From IMG/VR virus record IMGVR_UViG_3300037454_000974, positions 1,688 to 65,687 of that record: 64,000 nt of DNA; one strand, given 5' to 3'. This DNA comes from a virus (lineage: Duplodnaviria; Caudoviricetes). Position numbers and translations under genes: made by a program. Shown in pieces: positions 61,027-64,000 of this stretch (within the stretch, counting starts at the first letter, position 1; each line of letters starts with the position of its first letter). The notes beneath the pieces were generated by a model. That model worked only from the letters and a program-made list of their open reading frames with translations, was not told the DNA's origin and did no database searches.

Positions 61027-61140
61027 CCCCTAAGCCACCCCGAGCCGTTACACTTACCACCTGCGAGGTGGAGAGGACAGCCACTGACGGCTCATTATAA
61101 GGAGAATCTTCAAGGTTCTCCTTATTTTTTTGCCCTTTCG

Positions 61141-61278
61141 TTTGGCAGAGTCAAAAACTCGATTATTTTAGAGAATATATTCCCGTGGCAGCCCGCTGAG
61201 CAGAACCTGATGTCCATCACGAGCGTCCGCCTTCACCGTTATATTCCCTAAAATAGCAACAGGAACGACTCCACCAAA
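61141..61278. repeat. 39-bp elements #22(+,61141-61179), #23(-,61240-61278), convergent
   Basis: 60-nt insert, 38/60 G+C by hand count. Confidence 0.95.
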
Positions 61279-61386
61279 TTCTTGGCTAAAAATTTTTTCA
61301 AAAAAGACAGAAAAAAGTCGCTAAAATGTTTGGTGGATAAAAATAAAACGCTTATCTTTGTGTAGAAATCAAAAGAGAAAAAGACT

Positions 61387-61752
61387 ATGGATAAGAACAA
61401 GTATCTTGACGCTATTGCGAATACCGCAAGCGAATGCGCAAAAGAGTTAATATCACTCTTGCTTAATAAAAAGGTGTCTAAACTCACCTTTTCTTCAGAA
61501 GACGAAGAAGTTGAATACATTCCTACGATATGTTTCTATGACGACTACGACAACGCCGTACTTTGTGACTTGACGGAACTTGAGTTAGTCACCAACGAGG
61601 GCGAGCCTTATATCAAGATAAGCGGTGAGAACGATTGGGGCGTGAAATCCGGCGCCTATATAGACAAAGACGGCGGTGAATATTATGACCTCGAGCATAG
61701 TCTTGGCAAAATTTACGCTGCCGTTTTAGAGAAACTGGGTTTAGCCGATTAA
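61387..61752 (+). CDS. Acidic hypothetical early protein
   Basis: 121 aa after promoter. Confidence 0.65.
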   Translation: MDKNKYLDAIANTASECAKELISLLLNKKVSKLTFSSEDEEVEYIPTICFYDDYDNAVLCDLTELELVTNEGEPYIKISGENDWGVKSGAYIDKDGGEYYDLEHSLGKIYAAVLEKLGLAD

Positions 61753-61755
61753 ACT

Positions 61756-61956
61756 ATGGGTAGGCTTAAGGGTAGAGTAGTGAACGGCTTTCGCGTAAGC
61801 CGTGAAAAAGTAACCGAAAAAGGTTTGGGCTACGTTGTTTATAAAAATGGTATGCTCAAAGGTTTTATTCCAAGCAGTGAAATCCTTATGGAAGATTGGG
61901 CTTTAACTGACGAGATAATGATGAAATATATTCAGAAATTTTGTTTTACACGTTAA
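61756..61956 (+). CDS. Hypothetical early protein
   Basis: 66 aa ORF. Confidence 0.55.
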   Translation: MGRLKGRVVNGFRVSREKVTEKGLGYVVYKNGMLKGFIPSSEILMEDWALTDEIMMKYIQKFCFTR

Positions 61957-61967
61957 ATTATAAAGAA

Positions 61968-62126
61968 ATGGCAAAGTACGAAAATTTTACATTGGTAACT
62001 GAGACTGACAATCAGGATTATTCCAACTATCAGGATGCGTTTGGCGCATATCAGCGCACCAGAGAGAGCGCCACACTCTACGGCACAGACGAAGAGGGCG
62101 AGCAGTCAGTAATTCTTGCAAAATAA
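61968..62126 (+). CDS. Small protein, paralog of 51128-51298
   Basis: MAKY...ATLYGTDEEGEQSVIL. Confidence 0.65.
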   Translation: MAKYENFTLVTETDNQDYSNYQDAFGAYQRTRESATLYGTDEEGEQSVILAK

Positions 62127-62132
62127 AAGATT

Positions 62133-62648
62133 ATGGGCTATACACATTATTGGGGGTGGAGTACGCATCCCGCCGAAATTAAAGACTTTGAAAATAAGTT
62201 CAAGCGTGCATCGCTCATGGCAAAACAAGCCGTGGTACGAGCAAAGGATGTGCTTATCAAGCGTGGTGAAAATCCTAAGAAACTCGAGTTACATTGTTGT
62301 AATGGAAAAGATGAACCAATTTTCAATGCACAAGAAGTGGCGTTCAATGGCTCAACGAAATATGGGTGTGAAGCAATGTGGATAAACAACAATACCAATA
62401 AAGATGACTATCATTTTTATGATTATCAATTTTGTTGGATTCCGCAGTTTGACAAAGGTAGTTGGTTTACCAAAACAGACAGGCTTCCATACGGATATGC
62501 GGTAGCGGTAACGCTCCGGTGCTTCAAGAAAGTCTTTGGGAAAGATTTTAAATATTGGAGTGACGGACGCATGACGCCAGGTGAAAGACACGGAGAACAT
62601 TATGACGCGGATCCTGATTGGGTAATAGCAAATGAAATTGTAAAATAG
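62133..62648 (+). CDS. Conserved phage protein of unknown function (MGYTHYW family)
   Basis: MGYTHYW...FNG...FTKT.RLPY..AV motif pattern. Confidence 0.65.
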   Translation: MGYTHYWGWSTHPAEIKDFENKFKRASLMAKQAVVRAKDVLIKRGENPKKLELHCCNGKDEPIFNAQEVAFNGSTKYGCEAMWINNNTNKDDYHFYDYQFCWIPQFDKGSWFTKTDRLPYGYAVAVTLRCFKKVFGKDFKYWSDGRMTPGERHGEHYDADPDWVIANEIVK

Positions 62649-62748
62649 TACTCGATTGAGTACCTAAGTTATAAAAAGGACGGATAACCATTAAATGTGG
62701 CTATCCGTTTTTTTGACAAAATAGTATTTAATTATAAAATAGAAAAAA

Positions 62749-63297
62749 ATGAGTTCAAGCGAATATAAAGATTTAATACGTGTTGTTGCCACAATCTTTT
62801 TATTTCTTACATTATTTATTGCCGGCATAACGAACATTAAACATCGCCAAAATGTTGTTATTGGTACCGCAATAGAAATGTATGAAACAAAACTGCGTTG
62901 GTATAGTTATGCTGAATTCATTTATAACGAAAGCAGGAAAAATACCGACATTAATATTCAAGAATATCTTTCGTCAATTAATAATTCAAGGAGATTTTTT
63001 AAGATGCAAATCAATAGTTTGAAGCAAGGTTATGCTGAGGTGGTGCAACCTTTCTATGCCATAGAAAATTATAATCTGCATTGGGTGTTGGAATCTTCAT
63101 CTGATAATCTTAAAACAAAGAAAGACATTAAACATGCTTTGCTTAACATGGAAGAATTAGAAGAACAACTGATACTTCAAATTACCAATTACAACGATAT
63201 TGCCAAAAGATATAATAAGCGAATAAGGTGGAGTATTCTAAATGTGTTCTTGCAACGCCGGCCATATCCATTATTAAATCCCGACTTAAATGAATAA
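62749..63297 (+). CDS. LemA-like membrane-anchored protein
   Basis: N-terminal TM helix; EELEEQL...NYNDIAKRYNKRIR resembles the LemA C-terminal helix. Confidence 0.55.
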   Translation: MSSSEYKDLIRVVATIFLFLTLFIAGITNIKHRQNVVIGTAIEMYETKLRWYSYAEFIYNESRKNTDINIQEYLSSINNSRRFFKMQINSLKQGYAEVVQPFYAIENYNLHWVLESSSDNLKTKKDIKHALLNMEELEEQLILQITNYNDIAKRYNKRIRWSILNVFLQRRPYPLLNPDLNE

Positions 63298-63337
63298 CGG
63301 ATAATCTTCAAGGTTATCCGTTTTTTTTACCTGAAAA

Positions 63338-63376
63338 TTTGGTGAAGCCAGATGTTCGATTATTTTAGGGAATATA
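63338..63376 (+). repeat. 39-bp element #24 (single)
   Basis: tttggtgaagccagatgttcgat-tattttag-ggaatata. Confidence 0.95.
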
Positions 63377-63558
63377 AACACCTGCGATCCGATCCTTCTG
63401 TATAACATTTATTATCCACTTGTATAATTAAATTTTTTAACACTTTTTTATTGAAAATAATTGCCAAAATATTTTGTTGAATGAAAATAATGCCATATCT
63501 TTGTTTCAGTAATAAAAAGAAAAAGGTAGTGACAAATAATTTTTAATAATAAAGACTT

Positions 63559-63723
63559 ATGGCAAAGTATGGACTTTTCGAGAAAGAGAGTGCCGACGTT
63601 ATGTTCGGCGAGTTTACAAGTAAAAAGGCGGCTGACGCAGAAATGGCCCGTTATGAGCAGAGTGACAAGGAGCACAATTGCTATACCGAGGGCTACTACG
63701 AGGTTCGCAAGTTAACAGCTTAA
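63559..63723 (+). CDS. Small hypothetical protein
   Basis: 54 aa MAKYGLFEKE... after promoter. Confidence 0.55.
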   Translation: MAKYGLFEKESADVMFGEFTSKKAADAEMARYEQSDKEHNCYTEGYYEVRKLTA

Positions 63724-63776
63724 AACGCGACGATTATGAAGAAAAAAGGATATTAACAATTGCATTTACAACGATT

Positions 63777-64000
63777 ATGGCAGATACAATGATTCGTATG
63801 GCAAACGACAATTTGTGCCGTTTCATTACAAAAGAAGAGATACGTACAAAGGCGCCTTACGTATTTGCTACGGGCGCAACAAATCCCGCGGTATCGGGTA
63901 GATACGTGTTCGCCTCCACGGAAACTATTATAGATGATATGGCTAAACTCGGTTGGAACGTGGTTGACTGCAAGCAACAACGTGCAAACAAAAAAAGCAC
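63777..64000 (+). CDS. DUF932/DUF945-like protein, 5' part (runs off window)
   Basis: KAPYVFA...VSGRYVFASTETIIDDMAKLGWNVVDCKQ. Confidence 0.6.
   Translation, partial: MADTMIRMANDNLCRFITKEEIRTKAPYVFATGATNPAVSGRYVFASTETIIDDMAKLGWNVVDCKQQRANKKS

Larger units (their letters stand above)
49416..63328 (+). terminator. Set of intrinsic terminators closing the cassettes
   Basis: GC stems plus T runs at 49416-49446, 50157-50190, 50794-50825, 52625-52655, 53835-53861, 55780-55810, 56651-56683, 58207-58241, 59310-59339, 61097-61131, 62677-62714, 63295-63328. Confidence 0.8.
49143..63503 (+). promoter_or_regulatory. Set of Bacteroidota-type housekeeping promoters TTTG-N20-TAnnTTTG in front of gene cassettes
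   Basis: 49143-49174, 49690-49721, 51889-51920, 53002-53033, 54844-54875, 55939-55970, 56991-57022, 57247-57278, 58405-58436, 59584-59615, 60703-60734, 61329-61360 (20-nt spacer) and 63473-63503 (19 nt); each lies about 20-55 nt before an ATG. Confidence 0.85.

Noticed and set aside
61042-61131. Group II intron domain V/VI (GAGCCGT...ACGGCTC plus next hairpin)
   Set aside because: Inner region too long and branched for D5, no bulged A in the next hairpin (which has a T-run like a terminator), and no upstream intron domains or RT gene
48811-61278. Convergent pairs as MITEs or IS ends
   Set aside because: No target-site duplications seen, inserts unrelated in length, many unpaired copies, no transposase in the window
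48616-63376. 39-bp elements as a CRISPR array
   Set aside because: Not tandem, both orientations, separated by genes, variable tract lengths, no cas genes in the window, and no resemblance to repeat classes I know
48616-63376. TIGR-like dual-repeat array (conserved box, about 10 variable nt, conserved box)
   Set aside because: TIGR units are contiguous and periodic with box C/D-like motifs and a Nop-domain protein nearby; none of these is visible here
1-64000. Genome-wide TAG recoding (code 15)
   Set aside because: ORFs of 1000-1600 aa are intact under the standard code and several genes end in TAG (12673, 15881, 41710, 55751, 58155, 62648); only one clear internal TAG was found

Overview
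AT-rich window from a large (jumbo-type) contractile-tailed phage with T4-like structural and recombination genes. The host is inferred to be Bacteroidota, because more than a dozen genes sit behind TTTG-N19/20-TAnnTTTG promoters and have A-rich, Shine-Dalgarno-free leaders. 1-39.5 kb holds the SSB, baseplate/tail module (M15 peptidase hub protein, OmpA-like protein, tape measure, gp26-like chaperone, tube, sheath, neck), a free-standing endonuclease, SNF2 helicase, tail fibre, RuvC-like resolvase, SbcC/gp46-like ATPase and a sigma70-like factor. 39.8-48.2 kb holds small accessory genes, three ADP-ribosyltransferase-like proteins and four members of a five-member paralog family. A G-run/A-tract boundary lies at about 48.2-48.6 kb. 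From 48.6 kb to the end, small plus-strand gene cassettes are separated by intergenic modules. The main discovery is in these modules: 24 copies (13 plus, 11 minus) of an oriented 39-bp element, YTTGGnnRAGYCR-N10-TATTTTAG-RGAATATA. Nearly all copies are followed by a non-coding GC-rich tract built from a shared vocabulary of short words, and they occur as convergent pairs, divergent pairs or singletons. I do not recognise this as a described system. Its function (small-RNA promoters, protein-binding or recombination sites, or restriction-site decoys) is inference. All protein assignments are by motif recognition only; no database searches were run.
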